Below are positions 47,577 to 58,575 of a stretch of 64,000 bases of DNA, piece after piece. Numbering within the stretch: the stretch's first letter is position 1; the number at the start of each line of letters is the position of its first letter. Source of the stretch: an uncultured Candidatus Saccharibacteria bacterium (GTDB lineage Bacteria; Patescibacteriota; Saccharimonadia; Saccharimonadales; AWTP1-31); contig CAZHBD010000002.1 in assembly GCA_964530555.1 (NCBI GenBank), positions 1,036 to 65,035 of the forward strand, written 5' to 3'. The notes beneath the pieces are model-generated. The model had not been told where the DNA came from, did no database searches, and saw only the letters and a program-made list of their open reading frames with translations. The position numbers and the translations under genes are program-made.

Positions 47577-48005
47577 ATGGCACTCGTACGTTGGGATCCA
47601 TTCTCGGATCTAGACAGTCTTCACAATCAAATTAACACTATGTTTAATCAGGCGTTTACCAGCCATAGTCCGACGCTTGCATCAGCAACAACCGACATTT
47701 ATAACGACGATAAAGGCATGACTATCGAAATGCAGCTGCCGAACTTTAGCGAAGATGAAATTAGTGTGCAGCAGCATAACAACAGTCTTGAAATCAAAGC
47801 CGAACACCAAGAAAAAGAAGAGCACAAAGGACGTAAGTACCTGCTAAAAGAAAGTAGTAGTCAATACTTCAGGCGGTTTACTCTGCCGCGTAACAGTGAC
47901 GCCGAGAATATTAAGGCTGAATTTGAGAAAGGTCTGCTCAAAGTGCATGTTCCATTCAAAGAGCTACCAGCACCAAAGCAGATCTCGGTAAAAACTAAAA
48001 AGTAG
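47577..48005 (+). CDS. small heat-shock protein (Hsp20/alpha-crystallin)
   Basis: Start trimmed to MALVRWDPF with AAGGAGG upstream. ACD pattern (…FRRFTLP…GLLKVHVP). Confidence 0.85.
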   Translation: MALVRWDPFSDLDSLHNQINTMFNQAFTSHSPTLASATTDIYNDDKGMTIEMQLPNFSEDEISVQQHNNSLEIKAEHQEKEEHKGRKYLLKESSSQYFRRFTLPRNSDAENIKAEFEKGLLKVHVPFKELPAPKQISVKTKK

Positions 48006-48037
48006 TTTGTTTTCGAACCTTATTGCATAATTAAGGC

Positions 48038-49303
48038 ATGTTACGAAGTTTTGAAGATGTCGATAATTTGCTGCGGTCGTATATCCCTGCTGCAGGACAT
48101 TTCAAGGACAAATACACGCTCGACAATATGCGCGCCATAATGGCGGCGCTCGGTAACCCACAAAATGCTTACAAAGTGGTGCATGTTGCCGGTACTTCCG
48201 GCAAGACCTCGACGGCCTATTTTTTGGCAAGCCTATTGCATGCTGGCGGTGCCAAAGTTGGGCTGACGGTCTCGCCGCACATCGACCATGTGAACGAGCG
48301 CGTACAGATCAACCTCCTGCCACTGGCTGAGGAGCAATTTTGCCGTGAGCTGGATGAGTTCTTAGGATTAATTAACAAGTTACGTATAAAACCCAGTTAT
48401 TTTGAACTGCTGGTGGCCTTTGCCTTCTGGGAATTTGCCAGACAGGGGGTCGACTATGCGGTTGTGGAAGTTGGCCTTGGGGGCTTGCTTGATGGAACAA
48501 ATCTGGTAACGCGAACAGACAAAGTGTGCGTTATCACAGACATTGGCATGGACCATACGGCCGTACTGGGTGGCACTATCGAAGCCATAGCTGAGCAAAA
48601 AGCGGGCATTATTCATGCTAACAACCAGGTGTTTTGCTTGCAGCAAAGTCAGCCAGTCGTAGATGTTTTTGTGAATGAAGCGCACCGGCAAAACGCGCAG
48701 CTATATATTTGCAAGGAAGCCCCGGAGCACGGTGCGCAAAACTTGCCTCTCTTTCAGCGGCGAAACTGGAGTCTGGCCGTTCAAGTCTGGCGGTTTATGA
48801 AACAACGGGACAAGCTTACTGCTCTGTCGCCAGAGCAACTGGCGAAAGCTGCGCGGGTGCATATTCCAGCGCGCATGGAAAAAGTACAGGTTGGTGGCCA
48901 AACATTGTATCTGGATGGCTCGCATAATGCTCAGAAGGTAACAGCTTTGGTACGGTCGCTGAAAGAGTCGTTGGACGGAAAAACTGTAGCTGTGCTCTTA
49001 GGAATGGTGGAGGACAAGGACGCATCAGCACCAGAAGTTATGGCGCAACTTCACACATTGACCGACAGCATTATCATCACCGAGTTTGCTGGTGCTCAGG
49101 ACATGCCTAAAGTTTCGTTGCCGATCGATCACTTGGCCGACCTTGCCAAAGCTGAAGGCTTCACTACCATTATTGCTGAAAAAGATGCAGAAAAAGCACT
49201 AACTACTTTATTAACGCAGCAAACAGACGTGTATTTGGTGACAGGCTCATTTTATTTGCTTAACCATATTCGTCCTATAGTGTTAAATAAGAATCATGAT
49301 TAA
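48038..49303 (+). CDS. folC: folylpolyglutamate synthase/dihydrofolate synthase (Mur-ligase family)
   Basis: P-loop VHVAGTSGKTST and overall FolC pattern. The downstream gene is DHFR. Confidence 0.8.
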   Translation: MLRSFEDVDNLLRSYIPAAGHFKDKYTLDNMRAIMAALGNPQNAYKVVHVAGTSGKTSTAYFLASLLHAGGAKVGLTVSPHIDHVNERVQINLLPLAEEQFCRELDEFLGLINKLRIKPSYFELLVAFAFWEFARQGVDYAVVEVGLGGLLDGTNLVTRTDKVCVITDIGMDHTAVLGGTIEAIAEQKAGIIHANNQVFCLQQSQPVVDVFVNEAHRQNAQLYICKEAPEHGAQNLPLFQRRNWSLAVQVWRFMKQRDKLTALSPEQLAKAARVHIPARMEKVQVGGQTLYLDGSHNAQKVTALVRSLKESLDGKTVAVLLGMVEDKDASAPEVMAQLHTLTDSIIITEFAGAQDMPKVSLPIDHLADLAKAEGFTTIIAEKDAEKALTTLLTQQTDVYLVTGSFYLLNHIRPIVLNKNHD

Positions 49304-49769
49304 ATGCATTGCCGCCATCGATACCAAACGTGGTTTGGCAAACGAGCAGGGGATCCCGTGGCAAGGAAAAATCCCCAGTGACGTCCGTCATTTTCGTGCC
49401 GCCACGCAGCATAGTATTGTGCTTATGGGCTACAAAACTTACGAAGAATTCACTCAACCGTTGTCTGATCGCCGCAACCTAGTAGCCACTCACACAAACT
49501 TGCCATTACGACCTGGGTTTGAGGCGTTGTCCGATGCTCGGACTTTTTTAGGGCAAGTAACTGAAGATATATGGGTGATTGGTGGTGCTGGTCTGTTCGC
49601 TTCGGTGCTTGATCTAGTGGATGAGCTCGATTTGACTATGCTTGAAGGCGATTTTGGCTGCACAAAGCTGTTCCCTGAGTTCACAAAAGCATTTGAAAAA
49701 ACCTTTGAAACTGTGCCCATAACCGAAAACGGTATCACCTTTCGTTTTACAACTTGGCGACGAAAATAA
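49296..49769 (+). CDS. folA: dihydrofolate reductase
   Basis: The N-terminus IAAIDTKRGLANEQGIPWQ matches the DHFR pattern (IAAxxxNxxIGxxxxxPW). Overlaps the folC stop. Confidence 0.85.
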   Translation: MIKCIAAIDTKRGLANEQGIPWQGKIPSDVRHFRAATQHSIVLMGYKTYEEFTQPLSDRRNLVATHTNLPLRPGFEALSDARTFLGQVTEDIWVIGGAGLFASVLDLVDELDLTMLEGDFGCTKLFPEFTKAFEKTFETVPITENGITFRFTTWRRK

Positions 49770-49840
49770 ACCCCCGGCAAACTCTGGTAAACGAACCATT
49801 TTTAGCGTAAGCTTTAAGAGAAGTAATTATCGGGTAATAT

Positions 49841-52800
49841 GTGAGGGAAAAAAGAAGTATAACGTTTGCCGATCGTGTGGGGCGCCTTGCCAAGAAAAAG
49901 GCGTATCTGGTGTTTGGTACGTTGTACATGCTCACCCTGATTGGCGTGTTGTTTGCTGGTAGTTATCGAGCAAGTCGTAAACTTATATATAACCTCGGTA
50001 GCCAAGCCAATGCTGGCTGGTTACGTGTCTTTGGGTACACCAGTATTATCGATACGATCATTTTCGGACTGATATTTATTGGTTTGGCGGCCTATGCATG
50101 GATTGATTATCGGTCGCACCGAAAGCCCCTCGTTGATGAGTCGCCAGGGGTTAAGTATTCGTTCACGCATCACGTCAAAGTCGTTAGTATTCCATTGATC
50201 CAGTACCGTTGGAAAGCGTATGCTTATAACTTTGGCGCTCTTTTGGTTGGCACGGCGATTATTGCTGTTTCGCTTTTCACCGTGATTTCAGGCGTTTTTG
50301 CTGCAGTACCGGTTGTAACGACCTCGACGGCTGGGACGATCACTACCACCAGTGCGGTTCTGAATGGCTCGGTGGAAAGTTCCGACCAGCCCGTTACGTC
50401 ACGTGGCTTTGAACTCGGCGAAACAACAAGCTACGGCCAGACCGTTAGCGAGTCGGTGTCGGCCACAACAACCTTTGATAATACGTTTACGTCTCCTTCA
50501 GGGTCTGCTCGAGCCATTGCCATCGACAACAATGGCTTTGTTTACGTAACACTCGACAACGATCAAAAAGTACAAAAACTCGATAGTAGTGGTGCGTTAT
50601 TGGCAGAGTGGGGGTCGTTCGGAACTGGCTTAGGTGAGTTCACCTACCCTCGAGGTATCGCTGCAGATAGTAACGGCTATATTTACGTGTCCGACACGAC
50701 CGGTCGTATTCAAAAAATTGACACAACAACCGGAACAGCAACACTCTTTGCCTCAGGCCTAGGCTCGTTACAAGGGGTGGCTGTTGATACGAGTGGTAGT
50801 GTGTATGTCGTAGAAACTTCTGCTAACCGCATTGCTAAGTTCCAGAGCGACGGTACGCCAGTAGCGACCTATGGAACGACTGGATCCGGTGATGGGCAGC
50901 TAAACTCTCCGCAATACATTGCCGTGGACTCGGGTGGGTACATGTATATAACCGAGCTCAGTAACGAGCGGGTTCAGGTGCTCAAGCCTGATGGAACTTA
51001 CGACCATAAGTGGGGTACCGGCTCCATAGGTTCCGGTGATGGACAGTTCTGTTACCCTGAAGGCATTGCTCTCGATTTAAGCAACAATGTTTATGTCGCT
51101 GACTATTGTAACTATCGAGTGCAAAAGTTTACCAGTAGTGGTACGTTTTTAGGCAAATGGGGTGATCAGGGCTCTGGAGACAATCAGTTCCAAAATCCGC
51201 AAGGGCTAGCGTTAGACGGTAGTAATCGAGTCTACGTCGCTGACTCCTCGCTCAACGTCGTAAAGCGTTTTATCCCAGGCTCTTCTCTTGGCGCTTTCGC
51301 GCTCAGCACTTCTGGGGCTGGTGAGCTAACATGCAATACTACCTACCATTTTCGAGCGTTTGCCACCAGTAATGACGGTACGGCGTATGGAGATGACGCG
51401 TCTTTTACCACCGCGGCTTGCGGTGGGGGTGGAGGAGGCACGACCGTTCCTTCGGTTCCACAAAGTCTGACCATTAATACCCATAGCTCCACCTACCTGA
51501 TAGTTACCTGGTTACCGCCAGCCGATGACGGCGGCGGCTCAATCGATCACTACGTTATTGATTATAAAAAACACAGCGACGGTGGCTGGACCGAGTGGAA
51601 TAACAACTATCAAACCGATGGTCCAGGCACTCAGGTTATTGGAGCGTTGGACCCGAACACCTCGTATGATGTTCGTGTTGCTGCAGTGAATGGAGTTGGA
51701 CAGGGCGCCTATGCAAGCGTGACTGGAAGTACGGTTGTTGCGGGGGCAAATCATACGATAAGTTCTTGTGTTGATTTGCAGAACATGGGCGATGACCTAT
51801 CGGGTCACTACACTCTGGGACAGGATATTGATTGTAGTGCGACGTCGGATGTCGACTGGTTTTACCCTGGGAATGTATCAGGTTTTGTGCCTGTAGGTTT
51901 TTGTTGTTCAGACGATGGCTTTACTGGCACGCTGGATGGAGCGGGGCACAAGATTACAAATCTTCACATCGATGCTTATGGCGAGGCGGGTACGCGTCAG
52001 GTTGCTGGGTTGTTTTATCTTACAACTGGGGCAACCATCGAAAACTTGCGTCTCGAGAATGCCACAATATTCACTGGTGGGGTTGATGGGGGTAGCATCG
52101 TCGGTGGTCTTGTGGCTCATGCGGTCGACACCACGCTACAAAACGTCTCGACAAGCGGGACGATCTCGATGACCAGAAATTCAACTGATACTCACGTCAT
52201 CATGCTTGGAGGGCTTGTAGGCTGGGCGGATGGTGGCAATACCATTACTAAAGCATATTCGAGCATGGATATTGTGACCGACATCGATAATAGGGGTAGC
52301 CCAAGTATAGGCGGTCTTGTCGGTACTAGCTTTACCACTGCTGATGTTGAGTTTACTATACACCTCAGCGATACATACTATCTTGGTACTATTACCGCAA
52401 ACGGCAATTCAACCGATACATTCGGCGTTGGTGGTATTATATCGGCCTTATACCTAGGATCGGTATCTAACTCGTATTCTGCAGGCCAGATAAGTTACGA
52501 AAGTTATGGAACGCGTGTTGCTGGCGGTTTGATTGCGACTGCTGGCGGCAGTACCGTGAGCAATAACTTTAGTGTTACGTCAGTGCCCGACTCTGTAGGT
52601 GATCTCAACGGAGCGGGGAGCGGAGGCTTAATAAGCGCAGTTGTAGAGATGAGCGGTGGGTCGTTGCCTACTTCAACGGTCACCAATAACTTCTATGATC
52701 CAACTCAATCAGGCCAAAGCACTTGCTTTTACTACGTGGTTGACAGTGTGGTTGGTGCGCCTCCATCCGGCTCGTGCACCGCAGTTACTAATCCAGACTA

Positions 52801-55600
52801 CTTTAAAGATAACTCTTCGAATCCTCCGCTTGACACCTGGGATTTTGGTACCGTCTGGTACTCGCATCTTAACGGCTATCCAACATTTGAACCGAGTGCT
52901 GCGTTGCCGACGGTCACCACCAACCCGGCAAGCAGCATTACCAAAATAAGTGCGCAACTCAACGGCACCATTAACGACGGTGGTGAGCACACGGTAACTA
53001 GCCGTGGTTTCCAATTTGGTACCACGACGAGCTATGGGCAGACACTATCTGAGACGCTTGGTAACACCCTGACCTTTAGTCATGAGTGGGGCTCCGCCGG
53101 TTCTGGTGATGGTGAATTTGGCGGAAGTTATGGTATGGTCACTGATAGCACGGGGGCGTTGTATACTTTAGATGTCACACATCAGCGAATCGAAAAGTTT
53201 ACCAGTGATGGCGACTTCATTCGTTCTATCAATCTGTCATGCCAGACGCCTCAGTGTGCTGGAGCGAGTGTAGCGGTTGATGGGGGTGACAATATACTCG
53301 TTTCGATTCTTGATGCCGACTCAGTCGAAGGGATCTATTCTCGTATTGAGCGCTATGACTCAGATGGCAATTTGCTGGATGTTTTCGGAGACACAGGCCC
53401 TACTGAAGATCGACTAAGGGCCCCCTACGGTATAGCTGTCAATAAGCAGACCGGGGACATATACGTTGCCGATCATGCGGGCGGTGATGCTGACCCAACT
53501 CCGTATGCTCAGATACGACACTATAACGCTAACGGTGAGCTGCAGGGATCAATCGGTTCATTAGGTACTGGCCCGGGGCAGTTACAACTGGTAACTGGTC
53601 TGGCCATTGATAGTGCAGGTAACATTTACGGTGTTGATATGCAGCAAAGCCGAGTAACGGTATTTAGTTACAATGGTAGCTTTGTTCGACAATGGGGGTC
53701 TAGCGGGGTGGGAAATGGGCAGTTCGGTGGACCATTCGGTGTTTATATCGATGACACCGATCTCATTTACGTGACGGATTTTGCCAATAACAGAGTCCAG
53801 CTTTTTGACACAGATGGGACTTACCTCAGCCAGATATCGTATCCAGCACCTTCAGCAGTCGCTGGTGATCTAGCAGGAAATATTTTTGTGTTTAACTTCA
53901 CTGATAATAAGGTGGGTAAGTTCTCCTACGCCTTTAGTGCTGGCGATTTTATGGCTCTGCGCTCGTCACTAACATGCAACACTACCTATCATTTCAGGGC
54001 TTTTGCGACGAACTCCGACGGTACTGGGTATGGTGTGGACCATAGCTTTACGACATCCGCTTGTGATCAAATCACGCCAACGCCGACTCCACCTAATCCT
54101 TTACCTACCACCCCACCAAAGCCAACGACTACTCGTAATCCAGGCTTTCCTGTTGTACCTGCGGCAATATCAACGCCAACGCTGCCGGAGTCAAGACAGC
54201 TTCCAAATCTTTTACAGCAGGCAAAACCAGCCAAATTTGTCAAAGCTAAATTCCGCAAGCAGCCGCCGACCATCTTCAATCTCAGCCCGTATGTCTTTAT
54301 TTCACTTCTTCTGCTCTTGGCCCTGTTCTATGCTGTTCAGTCCCTACGTGACTACCAAGCTCAGCGCAGTATGCGTGAGACAGTGGAACGGATCAAAAAA
54401 GTCTCGAAGGCCACAAGTCAATATCTGGATATTTGTATGCACTACCTCACCACGCCCTTGGCAATACTGAAAGGAGCGCATGAATTGCTCACCAGCAAAC
54501 AAGCCTTACCAGCTGACTTCTTGTTATCTTTGCAGAATAAGATAACGGGATTGGAACAATCTGTGAACAGCACAATCCAGGATAACCAACAGGTGCTTGC
54601 CGCACAGACAAATCAAGTACAGGCAGGTATTGTACAACAACCAAAACATTCGTTTAAGCAGTTCTGGGTCTGGGTGCTCGGTTTAGCGATCCTTATTGCC
54701 GGACTTGATTTGTATCTGACCTTCTCCGGTGCCTATACGTTCCCGGGCGGTCGTGCCTTAAACCATGCGCTCTGGTTTGGATTGGCAACCGTTCTAGCAC
54801 TGATGTCCTATCTGGTATGGCGTCGACGTCACGAGCTACATCTCACACTCAAGCAACTGCACGATACGGAGGAAAATCTAGTGCAACAAAAGAGCCACTT
54901 ACTGAATGTCACGGCTGAGCAGATTTCTGATCACGCCCGCCAACTACGCCAAGGCACCGAAGGCATGGAACAATTGCCGGATGCTAGGATGCTACTGAAC
55001 GGTATGACGATGTTGGATCAACTGGCGGTCAGTCTCAATAAGGCGCAGTTCTTTGCCTCGTTGCCGGCAAGTGCACCAATCATTGCGCTTGGTTCGTTTT
55101 ACCAGCAGCACGTCTTGCCCGAAATTCAGCAGAAGGCTGAGGCGAAGCAAATTGCTCTGTCAGCGCAAATTGATCCCCAAGCATCTATTCAGATGACCAG
55201 CCCCGAATTACAGCAAGTACTGGTAAGTATTCTTGATAACGCGGTCGAGTTTAGTGGCCAAAAGGGTGTGGTGGAACTCAAGGCCGCCCAACAGCATGGC
55301 AAAACTCGGATTACTGTATCGGATCATGGTGAGGGAATGAGTGATGAAGTGGTGCGAAATCTGTTTGAGCCACTGTCGCGCGGTACGAGCGCCGAGACGT
55401 TTAACCACAAAGGCCTTGGGCTTAATATGTTCGTAAACAAGATGATTGTAGAAAACCATGGTGGCACTATGTCGGTCTCCAGTCACCCGGGGCAGGGAAC
55501 GACCGTTGCCATTATGTTGCCACCAATCGACAAACAAGCTGTCGGCATGGCCGAAAACAGCGTGAGCCCACAAGCTGCAACAATCTTCTCCGCAAGATAG
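49841..55600 (+). CDS. giant (1919 aa) membrane sensor histidine kinase with two extracellular NHL-repeat beta-propellers, an FN3 domain and a beta-helix-like region
   Basis: N-terminal TM helices. Two blocks of about 6 NHL repeats (…YVAD..N.RVQKF…). An FN3-like region (PSVPQSLTIN…YDVRVAAVNGVGQG). A Pro/Thr linker, more TM helices and a coiled coil. C-terminal HisKA with an HATPase_c N/G1/G2 pattern (DNAVEF…DHGEGM…GLGLNM). Confidence 0.8.
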   Translation: MREKRSITFADRVGRLAKKKAYLVFGTLYMLTLIGVLFAGSYRASRKLIYNLGSQANAGWLRVFGYTSIIDTIIFGLIFIGLAAYAWIDYRSHRKPLVDESPGVKYSFTHHVKVVSIPLIQYRWKAYAYNFGALLVGTAIIAVSLFTVISGVFAAVPVVTTSTAGTITTTSAVLNGSVESSDQPVTSRGFELGETTSYGQTVSESVSATTTFDNTFTSPSGSARAIAIDNNGFVYVTLDNDQKVQKLDSSGALLAEWGSFGTGLGEFTYPRGIAADSNGYIYVSDTTGRIQKIDTTTGTATLFASGLGSLQGVAVDTSGSVYVVETSANRIAKFQSDGTPVATYGTTGSGDGQLNSPQYIAVDSGGYMYITELSNERVQVLKPDGTYDHKWGTGSIGSGDGQFCYPEGIALDLSNNVYVADYCNYRVQKFTSSGTFLGKWGDQGSGDNQFQNPQGLALDGSNRVYVADSSLNVVKRFIPGSSLGAFALSTSGAGELTCNTTYHFRAFATSNDGTAYGDDASFTTAACGGGGGGTTVPSVPQSLTINTHSSTYLIVTWLPPADDGGGSIDHYVIDYKKHSDGGWTEWNNNYQTDGPGTQVIGALDPNTSYDVRVAAVNGVGQGAYASVTGSTVVAGANHTISSCVDLQNMGDDLSGHYTLGQDIDCSATSDVDWFYPGNVSGFVPVGFCCSDDGFTGTLDGAGHKITNLHIDAYGEAGTRQVAGLFYLTTGATIENLRLENATIFTGGVDGGSIVGGLVAHAVDTTLQNVSTSGTISMTRNSTDTHVIMLGGLVGWADGGNTITKAYSSMDIVTDIDNRGSPSIGGLVGTSFTTADVEFTIHLSDTYYLGTITANGNSTDTFGVGGIISALYLGSVSNSYSAGQISYESYGTRVAGGLIATAGGSTVSNNFSVTSVPDSVGDLNGAGSGGLISAVVEMSGGSLPTSTVTNNFYDPTQSGQSTCFYYVVDSVVGAPPSGSCTAVTNPDYFKDNSSNPPLDTWDFGTVWYSHLNGYPTFEPSAALPTVTTNPASSITKISAQLNGTINDGGEHTVTSRGFQFGTTTSYGQTLSETLGNTLTFSHEWGSAGSGDGEFGGSYGMVTDSTGALYTLDVTHQRIEKFTSDGDFIRSINLSCQTPQCAGASVAVDGGDNILVSILDADSVEGIYSRIERYDSDGNLLDVFGDTGPTEDRLRAPYGIAVNKQTGDIYVADHAGGDADPTPYAQIRHYNANGELQGSIGSLGTGPGQLQLVTGLAIDSAGNIYGVDMQQSRVTVFSYNGSFVRQWGSSGVGNGQFGGPFGVYIDDTDLIYVTDFANNRVQLFDTDGTYLSQISYPAPSAVAGDLAGNIFVFNFTDNKVGKFSYAFSAGDFMALRSSLTCNTTYHFRAFATNSDGTGYGVDHSFTTSACDQITPTPTPPNPLPTTPPKPTTTRNPGFPVVPAAISTPTLPESRQLPNLLQQAKPAKFVKAKFRKQPPTIFNLSPYVFISLLLLLALFYAVQSLRDYQAQRSMRETVERIKKVSKATSQYLDICMHYLTTPLAILKGAHELLTSKQALPADFLLSLQNKITGLEQSVNSTIQDNQQVLAAQTNQVQAGIVQQPKHSFKQFWVWVLGLAILIAGLDLYLTFSGAYTFPGGRALNHALWFGLATVLALMSYLVWRRRHELHLTLKQLHDTEENLVQQKSHLLNVTAEQISDHARQLRQGTEGMEQLPDARMLLNGMTMLDQLAVSLNKAQFFASLPASAPIIALGSFYQQHVLPEIQQKAEAKQIALSAQIDPQASIQMTSPELQQVLVSILDNAVEFSGQKGVVELKAAQQHGKTRITVSDHGEGMSDEVVRNLFEPLSRGTSAETFNHKGLGLNMFVNKMIVENHGGTMSVSSHPGQGTTVAIMLPPIDKQAVGMAENSVSPQAATIFSAR

Positions 55601-55634
55601 CCGGAATTTGTATTATTCATAAAATTATTACAAA

Positions 55635-56747
55635 ATGTGGTACTATTTTGTAATGTCTACAGAGAGGTTTCAAGAAGTTATTAGCGTACCTGATGTGGCC
55701 GATGGCAACCCGGCAACAGCTATTGCCCTGTCGGTCCATGCCCGCATTGAAACTGGTGAACAGGTGCCTATATTGAACTTGCCATTTACTTCCTGGCTTG
55801 TAAATCACTTTCATCATGGCATCAGCCATGATCCTGAAAAAGCGCGTCGTTATTCGCATGAATCCGAAGAACGACGCGTCGGCTTAGCCGCTCGTGCTTA
55901 CAGCATGATGAGCTTTGCAGAGTTCGCTTACGAAGTAGCACATTTGGGAGAAAGGGAGCCTACCCGTTGGAGCGTTGTACAAGAGCACCCATTGCTTGGT
56001 GCGCGTAAACCAACCCTACAACGGCTTGGCATCGAAGCAGTTCGGCTCTTTGTGCCAGATGTCTACCCCAAGCGAAGTGGCATTCGCGCGGTACAGCGGC
56101 ACTCAGAAGCGAGTTTTTCTGTCTGGAATACTGATGCATACCTCGAACTGGTGGACAGTGGGCTTCCAGTAGTGCTTACAAGGCCGTACTTTCTTGATGT
56201 CTTTCGGCCCGACAACGTCTCGTTTCGCGCTGGGGGGCGTGAAGTCGTTGTTAAGAGTTCGGGCAGCGGACTACCAGTAGAATGGGAAACGGTTCTTCAG
56301 ACTGAGCTCGGTAAGTCGTCATACGATTGGCGTATGCATACTCCAAAATCCAGCCCCCCACGGCAAGTGCAGTGGCATCGCGGACCTGCAACCAGAATTG
56401 AACGGCTCAGATACTATTTTGGTGACTTAGGTGCAAAAACCCGACTGTTCATTGGCTACCCCAGTGAGCAGGTTGGTGTCATTGCCGAAATGCGGGAGCG
56501 CGGTGTGCCGGTCTGGATGCTGACCCTACCGCCGCGGGGTGCTCACGAAAAGCGCAACCTCGAGTTTGCCATGCGTCACGGCCTAGTACATGGTGAGCTA
56601 GCATTTAGCGATGCACATCGACCGAGTTTGCCTGAATTACGCCAGATTTTGCCAAAAATGCTGCCGACTATTTTGGGTGAACTGGATCAGCCAGAGCTAC
56701 AATCGGACCTGTTGGGTAGCAAACCAGTCTGGTCGACTGAGCACTAA
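55635..56747 (+). CDS. hypothetical protein
   Basis: 370 aa with GC above the local average. No recognisable motif. Confidence 0.4.
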   Translation: MWYYFVMSTERFQEVISVPDVADGNPATAIALSVHARIETGEQVPILNLPFTSWLVNHFHHGISHDPEKARRYSHESEERRVGLAARAYSMMSFAEFAYEVAHLGEREPTRWSVVQEHPLLGARKPTLQRLGIEAVRLFVPDVYPKRSGIRAVQRHSEASFSVWNTDAYLELVDSGLPVVLTRPYFLDVFRPDNVSFRAGGREVVVKSSGSGLPVEWETVLQTELGKSSYDWRMHTPKSSPPRQVQWHRGPATRIERLRYYFGDLGAKTRLFIGYPSEQVGVIAEMRERGVPVWMLTLPPRGAHEKRNLEFAMRHGLVHGELAFSDAHRPSLPELRQILPKMLPTILGELDQPELQSDLLGSKPVWSTEH

Positions 56748-56844
56748 ATGCACCTTGTTTAGTGTTTGGCTGAGCTGCAGTCTGCCTGCAATATGTACCA
56801 TTTATCAAACAGAGTATTTACAAGTGGGTGGGTATTGACCAAAA

Positions 56845-57105
56845 CTAGTAAACATACTGGATTCTTACCGAACAGTTAGATTTTATCCAAGCAAGGTCGT
56901 AATCTGTAATCTCTTTTCTAACCCCGTTGATGATAAAGTACTGGCCATTTGAGCTCGAGTTTTGTATGGAAGGCATTTTATCTTCGATCCACTCATCGGG
57001 GCATTGTTGCAATCCAGTATGTTTGTTTTGCTTGAAAACAAGGAGTCCAATACAAACAGCCAGTAACACAAGGATTGATACGAGTAAAAGCACAATCTTT
57101 TTCAC
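56845..57105 (-). CDS. small secreted/membrane-anchored hypothetical protein (GTG start)
   Basis: N-terminal hydrophobic helix. 86 aa. Confidence 0.35.
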   Translation of the reverse strand: MKKIVLLLVSILVLLAVCIGLLVFKQNKHTGLQQCPDEWIEDKMPSIQNSSSNGQYFIINGVRKEITDYDLAWIKSNCSVRIQYVY

Positions 57106-57293
57106 CTTATCACTATACCAAACTTACGTTATGGGGACAGGGTCGAGTCGTGCGACAACATTACTGTGCGTACGGTGTCTAGAAGGGTCTGGCAACTTGG
57201 CGATGCGCCATGATGAAGGTAGCCTGAAAACTTGTGTGTCAGCGATTAAGCTAAAAACATATGGATTTAGGGCTGTCTTAGAATATGCGATAG

Positions 57294-57740
57294 CTATTTA
57301 CTAAAGATGCTCTGAAGTTTTATGACAATCAAGGTTGCTACTGCTACTTCTAGCAGACTGAGGGGAATTGCAGGAATCAAGAGTTTTATGGGCAGTACCC
57401 CTAGGTTGCCAATAACTACCCACATCAGGACGAAACCGCTTGTCCAGGAGATTGCTATCGTCTGTTTTGGCGAAAATCGACTAGCCAATGTGTATATAAC
57501 TATTGCAAGTCCTAGTGACCAAACTCCCCACAAAGCACCATTTATCGTTTTCTCGGGAAAAATCAATCCTAAGCTCGCATAACGCTCTACCCAAAATGAT
57601 TTGAAAATGAGTTGATTGCGAACAAACTCAGAGACAGCTATCCAGAGTGTCGCAGTGGTTATTGTTAGGGTTGGCCGCAAGAATTTTGAATTAAGTAATT
57701 TATGATTCATACGGTTAGTGTAGCAAATATTCATCGCCAC
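57294..57740 (-). CDS. polytopic membrane protein (cassette cargo)
   Basis: 148 aa with 4 TM helices. Flanked by tRNA-Lys-end-like repeats. Confidence 0.45.
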   Translation of the reverse strand: MAMNICYTNRMNHKLLNSKFLRPTLTITTATLWIAVSEFVRNQLIFKSFWVERYASLGLIFPEKTINGALWGVWSLGLAIVIYTLASRFSPKQTIAISWTSGFVLMWVVIGNLGVLPIKLLIPAIPLSLLEVAVATLIVIKLQSIFSK

Positions 57741-57760
57741 ACGAGAGACTAAGCATATAC

Positions 57761-57780
57761 GGGATTGGAGGCTACTGAAG
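57761..57780 (+). repeat. array repeat R1 (GGGATTGGAGG core; degenerate)
   Basis: Matches the consensus ATTGGAGGGCCATCGTAGA, which is the reverse complement of the tRNA-Lys 3' end. Confidence 0.6.
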
Positions 57781-57855
57781 AGCTTCTTGCGACAAATGCC
57801 TGCGCTACTTTCAACGGCGTTTCGTTACATCTAACTTTGTGTAATAATAACAACT

Positions 57856-58224
57856 ATGAATATTTTTAAGGGCAGAATAAACAGGTCTACATTCTTACTT
57901 GGTAACGTAATTTTTGGGGCTTTTGCGTTCTTGTTGTCACGCCCAGTTATACTTGACTACCTGGAAGGACGTAAAGATATGGTACCATTGGTATTATTTG
58001 CATACCTAGTTTTGATAGTTTTAATGATTTTCGGTCTCTCCATCTACATTAGACGATTGCACGATGTAGGTTTAACAGGCTGGCTATGGCCAATTATGAT
58101 TCTGCCAGCCGTTGACATTGTGTTACTGGTTTTACCGGGAGTAAAAAGGAACAACAAATATGGCTTACCACACAAAACTTCATTCGACTTCAAGATCTTA
58201 TACCAGCTGTCTAAGAATAACTAG
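57856..58224 (+). CDS. DUF805 family inner-membrane protein
   Basis: GRINRSTF…YIRRLHDVGLTGW signature. Confidence 0.65.
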   Translation: MNIFKGRINRSTFLLGNVIFGAFAFLLSRPVILDYLEGRKDMVPLVLFAYLVLIVLMIFGLSIYIRRLHDVGLTGWLWPIMILPAVDIVLLVLPGVKRNNKYGLPHKTSFDFKILYQLSKNN

Positions 58225-58272
58225 CAGACTTTAAGTTAGAAAATTATGAAGCCCATCAAAGAGGCTATGGGT

Positions 58273-58490
58273 AACAAAGCTCATGCTTCATAAACGTAGA
58301 TGACTTCAGCAAGACATTCTTTTTCCGCTTTTCTCACATTATTATGCTCAGTACTTGGTACTTCTACGCCATCTGGGAATTCTTCTCCAAACCCGGTAAC
58401 CAGGCGTCCCATGCTTTTTATATACGATACTCCATCTTCATGTTGAAATACCTTGGGAGCAGCGCTTAAGCAGTCACCGCATCCGTAACA
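58273..58490 (-). pseudogene. start-less ORF fragment with CxxCxxC (ferredoxin-like) N-terminal residues
   Basis: 72 codons open from an upstream stop with no initiation codon. Reads CYGCGDC…; probably a gene remnant. Confidence 0.2.
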
Positions 58491-58575
58491 TCATCGCATC
58501 TACTCGTACAAAGAAGTTTGGGTTGCCCACACAGTTAGGTTTGAGGCATAAAATAAACATATACAATCTTAAACG

